The notes beneath the pieces were generated by a model that was given only the letters and a program-made list of their open reading frames with translations, made no database searches and had not been told where the DNA came from. Made by a program: the position numbers and the translations under genes. From the IMG/VR virus record IMGVR_UViG_3300043418_000226: a stretch of DNA of 64,000 nucleotides; one strand, written 5' to 3'. This DNA is from a virus. Taxonomy: Duplodnaviria > Heunggongvirae > Uroviricota > Caudoviricetes. How positions within the stretch are numbered: the first letter of the stretch is position 1; each line of letters starts with the position of its first letter. Shown here piece after piece: positions 49,108-58,660 of this stretch.

Positions 49108-50973
49108 ATGAAAGGTACATTTTTTTCTTCCGATTTTATCAGGGATTCCAATGGAGAATTAAGATTATTGGAAATAAACACAGACACAACCACCGGGTAT
49201 AATTCAACATTAGCATACTTTGATTATAGTAATTTTATTAACATTTTAAGTGAGAATAACATTACTGATGTTTGTATCATATATAAAATGGCATTACAAG
49301 GTAAGGTTGTTGATCATTTATGTGGTGTTCTTGAAACATCAGCACCCTTTATTACCAATATTGAAAAAATTGTTGTTCCGGCGGATTCTATTTTCCCATC
49401 AAATCCTGAAGATTCGGACACCAAATTTATTTTAAGATTTGCATACGATGAAACCGCAATCTTGGACTCGGAATATGCTAAAGGAACTTTAAATTTATTA
49501 AAGTTATTTTCAGATAATAATGACAATGAATCTATTATAAATTATTATCATTCGTCCCCTATTAATGGTACGTATAATACATTATTGAATGATAATTTAA
49601 CAAATCCTAACAATATACCGGATGTGATTGTTAAACCCGTAGTAGTTGACCATAAGGCGTTCCCATTATATAAAATAGGTAAATCTAATCTAACACCAAC
49701 TGAAAGGTACGGTGAATTTATTTCGGACGTTGCAACAACAAATAACATAATACAACAATATCACATTTCCCAATCACAAATTGAACAGAACATTGTTACC
49801 TCAGTTAGAGTTTTTAAAATTGTTTACGGTCCTTACTTAGAATTGTGTGATGTAGCGGAATACGAGGCCGAGGCGGTGTTCAATCTACCAACGTCAATCG
49901 AGGTCGACGACACCAAAATTAGTAACCAACTTAGTTTAAAACATTACTATGAGTTTGCGACTAACTTTATTAAAAATGAAAAACACGGATTATTAGGTGA
50001 AGAAATGGTTGTTAGTTTAAGTGGAGATGAAATACCAATCTCAACAATGGTTGAGGGAGATTCATACCCATCTTACTTTGTTGAAGGTTCACCGAACACC
50101 GATGACGACGACATATTAAACCAATGGAGTTTTTCTGGCAGTGAGTTACCAAGCGGGTCATATCAAACAACGTCAGTTTTAATTCATTTATATGAGTGGC
50201 AACCATTTGCCAATGAAATCACTAAAATTTCATTCCCAAATGACGAATACATTAGAATTGGTGGAGCAAACAGATTATTGGCTTACGATTCAATAACGAA
50301 CTCAATTAAATACATACCATGTAATTTCTTGACAACAAATCATTCTATATTCGACTCAACTGGTAATTTAGTACCAATTGTTAACGTTGAATATGAAATT
50401 TTAGAAACAACTGAAACTTTCTATTCTCCGAATATGGAGGATGTCGATACATTCTTAATCGGTGGATCTAAAATCATTAGATTGGTTTCCCATAACCCAA
50501 TTAGGGGTGTATCATGTTTCATTGCAGGTACTACCGTAACGATGGGGGACGAGTCAATAAAAAATATTGAAGATGTTATTATTGGAGATGAGGTTATGTC
50601 ATTTAATGAGATAACTAAAGAAGTTGAAGTTAAAAAAGTGACAAATGTTAAAACACCACTACATAATGATTTGGTAACGTACACTTTAAGTGACGGAAGA
50701 ACAATCACAAGTACATTTGACCACCCATACTATGTAAACTCGACAGAATTGGCGTCATTCGACCCTAAATTAACAATTGAAAGATATGATTTGGGAAGAG
50801 AAATCCATGAGATTAAAATTGGAGATACAATTCAAAATTTAACCGATTTGACTTTAACAACTATAGTTGATATTAAGGGAAAAATCACAAATGAGACTCA
50901 AACATATATCATAACGGTTGAGGATAACCATAATTTCTATGCAAATGGAATCTTAGTTCATAATAAAGTATAA
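49108..50973 (+). CDS. ATP-grasp-like domain fused to two tandem Hint domains
   Basis: SDFIRDSNGELRLLEINTD, VIVKP, IIQQY; Hint-1 G294..VSHN463; linker PIRGVS; Hint-2 CFIAGT..TFDHP..HNFYANGILVHN-KV. Confidence 0.8.
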   Translation: MKGTFFSSDFIRDSNGELRLLEINTDTTTGYNSTLAYFDYSNFINILSENNITDVCIIYKMALQGKVVDHLCGVLETSAPFITNIEKIVVPADSIFPSNPEDSDTKFILRFAYDETAILDSEYAKGTLNLLKLFSDNNDNESIINYYHSSPINGTYNTLLNDNLTNPNNIPDVIVKPVVVDHKAFPLYKIGKSNLTPTERYGEFISDVATTNNIIQQYHISQSQIEQNIVTSVRVFKIVYGPYLELCDVAEYEAEAVFNLPTSIEVDDTKISNQLSLKHYYEFATNFIKNEKHGLLGEEMVVSLSGDEIPISTMVEGDSYPSYFVEGSPNTDDDDILNQWSFSGSELPSGSYQTTSVLIHLYEWQPFANEITKISFPNDEYIRIGGANRLLAYDSITNSIKYIPCNFLTTNHSIFDSTGNLVPIVNVEYEILETTETFYSPNMEDVDTFLIGGSKIIRLVSHNPIRGVSCFIAGTTVTMGDESIKNIEDVIIGDEVMSFNEITKEVEVKKVTNVKTPLHNDLVTYTLSDGRTITSTFDHPYYVNSTELASFDPKLTIERYDLGREIHEIKIGDTIQNLTDLTLTTIVDIKGKITNETQTYIITVEDNHNFYANGILVHNKV

Positions 50974-50976
50974 AAG

Positions 50977-51117
50977 ATGTCAGTAACAGTATATAAGTCG
51001 ATTAAAATCGAAGACGCTAAATTAAAAACAGTAACCCCCATAAATTCTACCGATAAGGCTAAAGTTAATTTAGTCGTTGGTAAGTTTATCCAATATCTAA
51101 AGGCCGCACATTCATAA
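50977..51117 (+). CDS. 46-aa basic protein coupled to the Hint gene; not in ORF track
   Basis: Manual translation MSVTVYKSIKIEDAKLKTVTPINSTDKAKVNLVVGKFIQYLKAAHS; starts 3 nt after the upstream stop and ends 4 nt before the next ATG. Confidence 0.7.
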   Translation: MSVTVYKSIKIEDAKLKTVTPINSTDKAKVNLVVGKFIQYLKAAHS

Positions 51118-51121
51118 TTGT

Positions 51122-51679
51122 ATGGTTTTATTTGAGAAAGTAATATTAACTGAGGATGATTGCGCAAATATTGTTAAATCCATCCATGAGTGGACCACTG
51201 CCGGTTTATACTCTCAAAAAGGAGATAGTTACGTTACTGTGGTTAATTCACATAAACGAAACACATTGGCTTCGTTTATTTCTCTCAAAAATCAAAGTAT
51301 TTTACATTCCAAAATTAACGGGGCACTTAATGAAATTGGGTATAAATTTATTACCGATAATATCGATGGTAATATATTAAAATACGAAAAAGATTGTTTT
51401 ATTTATAAACATCACGACTTACCAATTGAAGGAGTTAAACGAATTTTTTGTGTTATCGTCCAATTAAACGATTCCACAAAATACATCGGTGGAGATTTCA
51501 AATATTACCCCAACAACAATGAATTCAAGATGGGTAGAACTATTGGAAATTGTTTAATCTTTAAACCGGAGTTATTACACGAAGTCACATTAGTCGAACA
51601 AGGTGAAAGATATTCATTAGTTGTATGGGTTAACTACGAAGACATCGAAAAATTATCAACAAAACGAAGTTTAATATAA
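51122..51679 (+). CDS. 2OG-Fe(II) oxygenase (prolyl-hydroxylase/PKHD-like)
   Basis: LKYEKD..KHHD, VQLND..YIGGDF, LHEV, RYSLVVW. Confidence 0.85.
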   Translation: MVLFEKVILTEDDCANIVKSIHEWTTAGLYSQKGDSYVTVVNSHKRNTLASFISLKNQSILHSKINGALNEIGYKFITDNIDGNILKYEKDCFIYKHHDLPIEGVKRIFCVIVQLNDSTKYIGGDFKYYPNNNEFKMGRTIGNCLIFKPELLHEVTLVEQGERYSLVVWVNYEDIEKLSTKRSLI

Positions 51680-52270
51680 ATGAAAACCATTTTAATTGCC
51701 AATCCAAGAACTGGGTCAACATCAATTTCATTTTATGTTCAAGAATTAAAAGGAAATCGACAAGTTTTCATTGAACCATTTTACGAACATAGAGACATAT
51801 CATATAAAGAAGTTTTATCATACGATAATAGTTTCACTAAACAAATCTATAACCAATTACCAAAGGAGTATAACAATATGAAACGTGAAGACTTCTATGA
51901 AATGGTGTTTAAGGATTTTGATAAGGTCGTTTTTTTAGATAGAAGAAACATTACCAAACAATCCGAGAGTTATTCTTCAGCATTGGTTAGGGATGAGTGG
52001 TACGGTAAATACATGTACGACCCAAGTACGGCAAGTAAACATTTAGAGATAACACAAAGAATTTTATCCGAAATTAAACATGAAATGCAAATTCTGTCTA
52101 ACATTAAAAATATGACAATTCATTACTATGAAGACATATACTTTAATGAAGAATATATGGTTAATTTCTTAAAAGAAATCAATTGTGAATTTAATGAACC
52201 CCTATATAAAAAATACTTGGATAGGTCGAACACATATAGAAGTGGTAAAATAGATAAAACAATAATTTAA
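51680..52270 (+). CDS. sulfotransferase-like P-loop protein
   Basis: ILIANPRTGSTS (PAPS 5'-PSB-like), EPF, LDRRN..QSES, YYEDI. Confidence 0.7.
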   Translation: MKTILIANPRTGSTSISFYVQELKGNRQVFIEPFYEHRDISYKEVLSYDNSFTKQIYNQLPKEYNNMKREDFYEMVFKDFDKVVFLDRRNITKQSESYSSALVRDEWYGKYMYDPSTASKHLEITQRILSEIKHEMQILSNIKNMTIHYYEDIYFNEEYMVNFLKEINCEFNEPLYKKYLDRSNTYRSGKIDKTII

Positions 52271-52276
52271 ATGTAA

Positions 52277-52305
52277 TTGATATTTTAAATTATTTTTAAT
52301 ATATT
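52277..52305 (+). promoter_or_regulatory. promoter TTGATA-N17-TATATT
   Basis: Read directly upstream of 52323. Confidence 0.6.
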
Positions 52306-52322
52306 ATAGTAATATAAAAAAA

Positions 52323-52781
52323 ATGGAAAAGATAACGTTAAAATTAGGTGAAGTTCTACAATTAGAAAGTGAAATTAATGGGTTTAATAATCAAGAAACG
52401 GGCGAACAAGTCTATAAAGGATTTTTAAAACAAAACCTCTCAATCATTTTAAAATACGAATTAAGTGAATTGGGTGAAACTTTAAGTAAGGAAAGAAAAA
52501 AAGTTGAATTATTACGTGACGAGTTAATTCAAAAATATGGAGAACCATCTGATAAAGGTGGAATTGTTGTTAAAATGTACGATGAGGTTAAAGATGACGA
52601 AGGTCATACAATATCAATGAAGTTTAATGAAAAATATTTAGAATTCGATAAAGAGTACGGCACACTACTTGACCAAGAAAAGGAAATCGAATATCCTGAA
52701 ATAACAAAGGAAGATTTAAAAAAGGCGGGAGATACAAAAGACGATTATCAAATACTTTTCAAACTAATAAAGAAAAATTAA
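52323..52781 (+). CDS. hypothetical helical phage protein
   Basis: 152-aa ORF with its own promoter and terminator. Confidence 0.7.
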   Translation: MEKITLKLGEVLQLESEINGFNNQETGEQVYKGFLKQNLSIILKYELSELGETLSKERKKVELLRDELIQKYGEPSDKGGIVVKMYDEVKDDEGHTISMKFNEKYLEFDKEYGTLLDQEKEIEYPEITKEDLKKAGDTKDDYQILFKLIKKN

Positions 52782-52782
52782 T

Positions 52783-52818
52783 AATAAAAAAGACACTTAT
52801 TTAAGTGTCTTTTTTATT
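52783..52818. terminator. bidirectional terminator at convergent junction
   Basis: 17-bp perfect inverted repeat AATAAAAAAGACACTTA-TT-TAAGTGTCTTTTTTATT. Confidence 0.85.
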
Positions 52819-53903
52819 TCTATCTTCATGTTACCAATTTCATATTCACCTGGCTCATAATACGGTATTGATAATCTAATTTTATGTAGTGTGTAAATGT
52901 CGTCAGTTGTAAATGGACTAATCTCATATATTACCACGTCAACATCGTCAGTAAGGACAAATTTGGAACGTAAATCATATCGTGTATTCTTTTGTTCATT
53001 TTTAATATATTCGTCAGGAATCGTCCCTAAATCAATTTTATCAAAAAATGGCTCCATATCAAACAATCTGGTGTTGTTACGAGACACTAATCCCATTGAA
53101 AACGTATTGTAAGTGAACTTCTCATCTTCCCAATATCTCTGTTCTTGGAATGCCTTAAACGGGACACCCCATTTTCTAACAAAGTTTCTATTTGAAGAAA
53201 CTTCATATAACATTCTGTTCTTTTTATACTCATCACTGAATCTTGATGTTTGAGAAACAAAGTGATATGTGATGGCACATTCAGTCGTTTTAAGAACATA
53301 ACCTTTAAGTTTTGCTCTAACTAAAAAATCGTCATCTTCACAAAATGCGGGAACAAATGAAAATCCGTCAAATCCCCCGACATCATCAAACATTTTTTTA
53401 TAACCACTCATAAAGAAAACTGCACCATCATATAACTGACACTTATCTTTATTTTCTTCGACATACTGTTCAAATAGTGGTTGATTAAAATCGTGGAATG
53501 ATGAACCTAAATCTAATAATACTTTTCCGGGTCTTTTATGACCCTTAAAAACGGGAGGTTCAATTGTAGTATATGAAAGAACCATATTCTCTTCTAATAA
53601 GTTTTCAATGTTCTCTAAGAAATGTTTTCCAATGACCATATCATTATGGATTAGAACTAATTTCTCAGTATCAACCAATTTGATTCCGGCATTATAATTT
53701 TCAGAAAAGGTTAATCTATCATCGTCATGTATGTATGAAAGATTATCATCGTCTAAAGATTCTAACCATTCTTTGGTGCCATCGGATGATCCACCACTAC
53801 TAATAACAAGAGGGGCATCGGGATATACCAAACGAAGACGACTATAACAGTCTTTTGTTAAGTCTAATTTATTAAAAACTGCAAGTACAAAACTAATATT
53901 CAT
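52797..53903 (-). CDS. glycosyltransferase family 2
   Basis: SSDGT, LIHNDM, GGFD, FCEDDDF, YHFVS. Confidence 0.88.
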   Translation of the reverse strand: MNISFVLAVFNKLDLTKDCYSRLRLVYPDAPLVISSGGSSDGTKEWLESLDDDNLSYIHDDDRLTFSENYNAGIKLVDTEKLVLIHNDMVIGKHFLENIENLLEENMVLSYTTIEPPVFKGHKRPGKVLLDLGSSFHDFNQPLFEQYVEENKDKCQLYDGAVFFMSGYKKMFDDVGGFDGFSFVPAFCEDDDFLVRAKLKGYVLKTTECAITYHFVSQTSRFSDEYKKNRMLYEVSSNRNFVRKWGVPFKAFQEQRYWEDEKFTYNTFSMGLVSRNNTRLFDMEPFFDKIDLGTIPDEYIKNEQKNTRYDLRSKFVLTDDVDVVIYEISPFTTDDIYTLHKIRLSIPYYEPGEYEIGNMKIEIKKTLK

Positions 53904-53908
53904 ATTTT

Positions 53909-54673
53909 CTATTTGTAAATTTTTGAAAACAATGGAATGTTCTCAAGTATATTATCACATTTCATTACCTCGTAAGTTATTGTCTTATCATACCCCAATT
54001 TTTTAATAATGTCAGAAAAATCTAAATGAAATTCAGTCTCTTCAATTGTTCGTAATTTAGGTTCCGATACGTGTATGTGATTAATATAATCAAAATAAGT
54101 TATAAGTTCAATGTTTGGGTCTTCTTTCTCCAATAATGAGTTATGGGTATCAATCATCGTCCTAATGTTTTTAAGACCGTTAGAATCAATAAAATTAACA
54201 ATTTCAGAAACCGTATGAAAGAATTCACCCCCATACGAAGACGTGTTAGGTTCAATTAATACCTTGATTCCCGTATCGACCAACATTTCATCAACGGATT
54301 TAAAAATATGGGTTAAAGAATCTTTCCAATTACCATTCTTTTTTCTAAGACCCGGTGACCCAAATACTAAAATTTTAATACCTAATATTTTCGAATAGTC
54401 AATTAACTTTTGAAAATGGGAAATAATAACATCCACATCGTTGATGTCGTTACATTTAACATTATAAAATAAAGACTGTGCAGAATATGAAGTAATCCCA
54501 AAAGATTCAATATATTTTTTATACTCGATAATACTATCAGTTGTTAATTCTGACCAATCTTTTATTTTTGTAAACACTGTTTCAATTTGATTAATATTAT
54601 TCTCTTTTAGTGTTTTAAATGTAATTTCGGAATCTTGAAAATCCCAAGCAAAGTTACTTAATGCTAAGTTCAT
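53909..54673 (-). CDS. sugar phosphate isomerase/epimerase (TIM barrel)
   Basis: LALSNFAW, LVFGSP, IEPN, DTHN, HIHVSEP, ITYE. Confidence 0.85.
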   Translation of the reverse strand: MNLALSNFAWDFQDSEITFKTLKENNINQIETVFTKIKDWSELTTDSIIEYKKYIESFGITSYSAQSLFYNVKCNDINDVDVIISHFQKLIDYSKILGIKILVFGSPGLRKKNGNWKDSLTHIFKSVDEMLVDTGIKVLIEPNTSSYGGEFFHTVSEIVNFIDSNGLKNIRTMIDTHNSLLEKEDPNIELITYFDYINHIHVSEPKLRTIEETEFHLDFSDIIKKLGYDKTITYEVMKCDNILENIPLFSKIYK

Positions 54674-55415
54674 GTATTAAATTTTTAATCTCCTCTAAAA
54701 CAGATTCTTTAGATGAGATATACTCATTATGTTTGGTGGTATAATCGTACTTTACTTTAATGTCGGAATGGGAGACTTTATCCACATATTGAGGGAATAA
54801 TTTTACTATTTCCATTGTATCGATTGGTTCAGTGAATAGATTGAAAACCGTTTCATTTGGATAGAGAGTTGAATATTTTTCAACATCACTCATAAGGTTT
54901 TCCAAATTATACCATTGGAAACTTGAATTGCCGTTTATTTGTTCGACATTATTCCCATTAATTAAATCAAACAAAACGTTTTTCTTAATGTGTTTGTTGA
55001 ATAGTGCCGGTAATCTAAAAATTTTTAAATCATCAGTTTTAACCAATTCTCTAATCATTAATTCAAAAAGATAACGATTATTACCATAACTTAATTTACT
55101 TACGTTTGGTGAATAATCCTCATTTGATTTTAATGGAGAATCGTTATAAACATCGATAGTTGAAATAAGTGTGATTTTAGAGTAATGATTTCTAGCAATT
55201 CGATTTACCAATTGATTGATATTAGATAAATCATTTCCTAAGTTTTTATTTATCATCCATTTTGTTGCCGGTAAACAAGTTAAAAATAATTCATCTCCGT
55301 CTTTTGAATGTTCAAAAAAATTACCAATGTTAGTTGTGTTATATTTTTGGTCAAAATCAACTGTTTCACAAACTGTTTTACCAACTAACCCTGTGTTTCC
55401 TATTATAATTTTCAT
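54654..55415 (-). CDS. NAD-dependent epimerase/dehydratase-like protein
   Basis: IIGNTGLVG, ISTIDVY, YGNNR, RLPALF. Confidence 0.8.
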   Translation of the reverse strand: MKIIIGNTGLVGKTVCETVDFDQKYNTTNIGNFFEHSKDGDELFLTCLPATKWMINKNLGNDLSNINQLVNRIARNHYSKITLISTIDVYNDSPLKSNEDYSPNVSKLSYGNNRYLFELMIRELVKTDDLKIFRLPALFNKHIKKNVLFDLINGNNVEQINGNSSFQWYNLENLMSDVEKYSTLYPNETVFNLFTEPIDTMEIVKLFPQYVDKVSHSDIKVKYDYTTKHNEYISSKESVLEEIKNLIHELSIK

Positions 55416-56443
55416 CGTACTAATTTTAGTTTTACGTTTTTAGATTCGACTAACATGTAGTCTTTTAAATATTTTTGTAATAACCTTTCAGGGTATGAGC
55501 AATTAAAGTAATATAGAGAATCAAGATGTCCATCATAACCGTTAAGTTTATAACCATCATCAGTTTTTGTTAAGTTCTCAGTATGTATTTTTGCCGACTC
55601 TAAATTGGTTTCTTTGAAAGATACATTTAATTTATCATATTCATGATATAATGAACAATATTTTTTCATTGATTTCACACTGCCATAAGCAAATAAGTCA
55701 CATATTACGTTTGTATGTTCAAATACATGGACTTTTTTAAGTTTATGTTTATAATACATGTTATTACAAGCCCAACAAGAAGTGGCATAATCTATGTGTT
55801 CGTGATTGTTATCACTATTAGGTACGAATATGATATCATGGTTATTTATGTCATCAATAACCATAGGTGTCAAATTAAATTCATTTAAATCAGAATCAAA
55901 CCTAAATCTCATAACTAAATCGTAATCAGTTTTGGTTTTTTTAATATAATTCTCCAATAGATTGTACGTTTTATTTATGGAATATAATTGAGATTTAATA
56001 AATTTTTCGGGAGATGAAAAATTAAAATATCCTTTTACGTCATCTAAACCGTCAATGTAATCTTTATTATTTTCAATCTCGAACCCTTTAACGTTAGGTA
56101 ATTTATCTATTTCCTGTTGTACTAATTTTTCATTGACCACGGCGTCTAAATTAGTTTCCGTTCCCTTTAAACCCAAATTATCCCACGTATGAACAAAAAT
56201 GTCAATGTCGTATAGTTTAGAAATTCTGGACACACCCTCAAGAATTGAGTTTTTCCTAATGTGACCAGTTAATAATATTGCAATTTTTTTAACTTCAGAA
56301 ATTTTTATAATTCTTTCATTACAATTTGCAATTTCAATTTCGAATGGTTCGTATCTTTTATTTCTATGTAACACCCATTCATTTTCTTTAACACCTCTTC
56401 CCAGATATTTTTCAAATAAAAATTCTAATTCATCTCTTGTCAT
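55412..56443 (-). CDS. glycosyltransferase-like protein
   Basis: KIAILLTGHIR, FVHTWD, YDLVMRFRFD, DLFAYG, PERLL. Confidence 0.6.
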   Translation of the reverse strand: MTRDELEFLFEKYLGRGVKENEWVLHRNKRYEPFEIEIANCNERIIKISEVKKIAILLTGHIRKNSILEGVSRISKLYDIDIFVHTWDNLGLKGTETNLDAVVNEKLVQQEIDKLPNVKGFEIENNKDYIDGLDDVKGYFNFSSPEKFIKSQLYSINKTYNLLENYIKKTKTDYDLVMRFRFDSDLNEFNLTPMVIDDINNHDIIFVPNSDNNHEHIDYATSCWACNNMYYKHKLKKVHVFEHTNVICDLFAYGSVKSMKKYCSLYHEYDKLNVSFKETNLESAKIHTENLTKTDDGYKLNGYDGHLDSLYYFNCSYPERLLQKYLKDYMLVESKNVKLKLVR

Positions 56444-57426
56444 AAATTATAGTCTTGTTTTAACGTATTTTCTATAATGTATATTCCCTGTATTTTACCA
56501 GTGAAACAATTTATCACATTACCACTCTTTGTGATTACCGGATATCTCTCATCTGACTTACTCACTATTTTAGATTTAGTGGATAAAAAATATGAATCAT
56601 ATTTAAAGAATGTCAAGAATTCAGGAAAATAATGTTTTACTTTTTTCTCAATTAACTTAATTTTTTTATCGATTAGTTCCTGAGTAATGGTGCCCCTGTA
56701 TTCATTTAACTTATTAATTGTTTTGAATTTTCTCAACGGAGTATGTTCAACATCGGTTAACGTAAATTTACCTTTTTGATATGGATATATTGAAAAGAAT
56801 TCACCGTCAACCATTGTTAGTGCGTCAAATTCAGTTTCTTTTATTTTTTCATAAATTAACGATATTGTCAATTCAAAGAAACTATTTTGATTGTGTAAAT
56901 CTTTAATGTGATTATTGGTTGCATTTATAACCAAATCGTATTCTTTTGAAATCTTTTTAAGTTTATGAGGTGTAATTGTTTCATTCACCACGAGATTCTT
57001 TAATTCTTTATTAAAAAATTCATGTGCTAATTTAAAATTAATGTACCTCTCGTCAGTATTAAGACACCCCTCAACATCCACGAATGAAACGTCACTGTGT
57101 TCTTTATTATAATCCCTAAAAATTTCCACGTAAGTTCCAAAATCAATAATGGATTTAGAATATGGGACACAATAAAGATTATTTTTCACCTCTTCGGTCA
57201 TGAATCCGTAATCGTCCATAAATTGAGTAAACGTATTTTTACTCATTAGTCTTGTCTTATAATTTCGAGCGTAATGAAAACCACTATGTAATCTGTTTTG
57301 ATTATTAAATGATGTTTCTTTAAATAATTCGGTGTTTTTCTCGTAAATGACAACTTCGTGATTACCTTTTAACTTATTAGCCAAATGGCAACCTACCCAT
57401 CCCCCACCGATAATGGCAATTTTCAT
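56440..57426 (-). CDS. FAD-dependent oxidoreductase (start moved from 57462)
   Basis: MKIAIIGGGWVG, NQNRLHSGFHY, VINAT, GKI; TAATG coupling to the upstream gene. Confidence 0.85.
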   Translation of the reverse strand: MKIAIIGGGWVGCHLANKLKGNHEVVIYEKNTELFKETSFNNQNRLHSGFHYARNYKTRLMSKNTFTQFMDDYGFMTEEVKNNLYCVPYSKSIIDFGTYVEIFRDYNKEHSDVSFVDVEGCLNTDERYINFKLAHEFFNKELKNLVVNETITPHKLKKISKEYDLVINATNNHIKDLHNQNSFFELTISLIYEKIKETEFDALTMVDGEFFSIYPYQKGKFTLTDVEHTPLRKFKTINKLNEYRGTITQELIDKKIKLIEKKVKHYFPEFLTFFKYDSYFLSTKSKIVSKSDERYPVITKSGNVINCFTGKIQGIYIIENTLKQDYNL

Positions 57427-58088
57427 TAAATTGTTCTTTTTAAAATTTGGCTTTGACCCCAATTTGATTTATTTTTATATAGGTCCAATGATGGGTAATA
57501 TTCGGTTCTTCTTTGTGTGTCGGTATTAAACCAATTATCGTTATCCACTACTCTCCAATCATCATTATTATTATAAATAACGGGCATAGGATTTGTCATC
57601 CACATAATATAATCTTCATTTGGTACTCCCCAATTTTTCCAATAGGTCATTGACTCCTCAGAATAATCGGTGTTCTTAATTGAAACGATTTTATCTTTAA
57701 CACTCATTAAATAACTATATTTATATGTTCCCATCGTCATTGCCGGTTTAGACTTTAATGCCAATTTAACTGGTCTATCTTGTGGAATATTATAAAGTAA
57801 TTCTTTAAATTTAGGACCTAATTTACATGTGTCATGAATTAGAAACCAATATTCTGATGATAACTGTTTCTCTACAATTTCAATCAATGGACTATATTCA
57901 TATGAGTTATGGTCCAAGTAATGAAAGTGAATACCATCTTCTGTTTTTTCATAACGATATTGTTTAAATCCCGCATTGAAAACGTGTATATCGTTAGGGT
58001 CAATTCCTCTTTCTATTAATGAAGGAATCACAATCGGTAACGTCGATTTATAAAAATTTATATTTGTTGCAATTGCTATTTTTATCAT
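57426..58088 (-). CDS. glycosyltransferase-like hypothetical protein
   Basis: HNSYEY, WFLIHDTC, NED. Confidence 0.55.
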   Translation of the reverse strand: MIKIAIATNINFYKSTLPIVIPSLIERGIDPNDIHVFNAGFKQYRYEKTEDGIHFHYLDHNSYEYSPLIEIVEKQLSSEYWFLIHDTCKLGPKFKELLYNIPQDRPVKLALKSKPAMTMGTYKYSYLMSVKDKIVSIKNTDYSEESMTYWKNWGVPNEDYIMWMTNPMPVIYNNNDDWRVVDNDNWFNTDTQRRTEYYPSLDLYKNKSNWGQSQILKRTI

Positions 58089-58093
58089 ATTTT

Positions 58094-58657
58094 TTAATTA
58101 TGTATTGTTAAAATTTTATCTATTTTACATGTCCTTATATTATTGACCATCATACATTCACCCGCAAACAGACCATCACAGTGAGGATGTTCCACATAGT
58201 TAATGCCAACTTCTTTAGCGATAGTTGTTCTAACCGCAAACATACCCCAATCAATTTGACTTTGTCCAGGGTACCCTTCCAACACATTGTAATCGATATG
58301 GTTATGAATTGCACTGTATCTTATGAAATCATATAAATTACTTAATTTTAAAATTTCACCAACAGTGTTAGGTGTGTAATAATCTTGAATAGATGTCTGA
58401 ATAACGAATTCAGTATCAACTAAATTATCTAACGCATCTTTTCTGTTATAATGACCCCAAAAACCTTTAGGATGTTCCGAAGAAACTAACGTTATTCTGT
58501 CGTCATTAAATAAATTAACCACCCCCTCAATGAATTCATTTTTACCATCACAATAAACTATACATTTCCATCTTGTATCTTTTTGAAGTATTAAAGAAGT
58601 TAAAAATTGATATGACTCATATTTTTCTTGATGTGCGGTTGCAACGAATGTTATCAT
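58094..58657 (-). CDS. glycosyltransferase family 2-like protein
   Basis: VYCDG, WGHYNR, QDYY, IDWG, DG; paralog of the next gene. Confidence 0.7.
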   Translation of the reverse strand: MITFVATAHQEKYESYQFLTSLILQKDTRWKCIVYCDGKNEFIEGVVNLFNDDRITLVSSEHPKGFWGHYNRKDALDNLVDTEFVIQTSIQDYYTPNTVGEILKLSNLYDFIRYSAIHNHIDYNVLEGYPGQSQIDWGMFAVRTTIAKEVGINYVEHPHCDGLFAGECMMVNNIRTCKIDKILTIHN

Positions 58658-58660
58658 ATA

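Noticed and set aside
50515-50964. Hint-2 as a classical mobile intein
   Set aside because: It has no homing endonuclease, the +1 residue is Lys and only two residues follow, so it cannot splice a host protein in the normal way.
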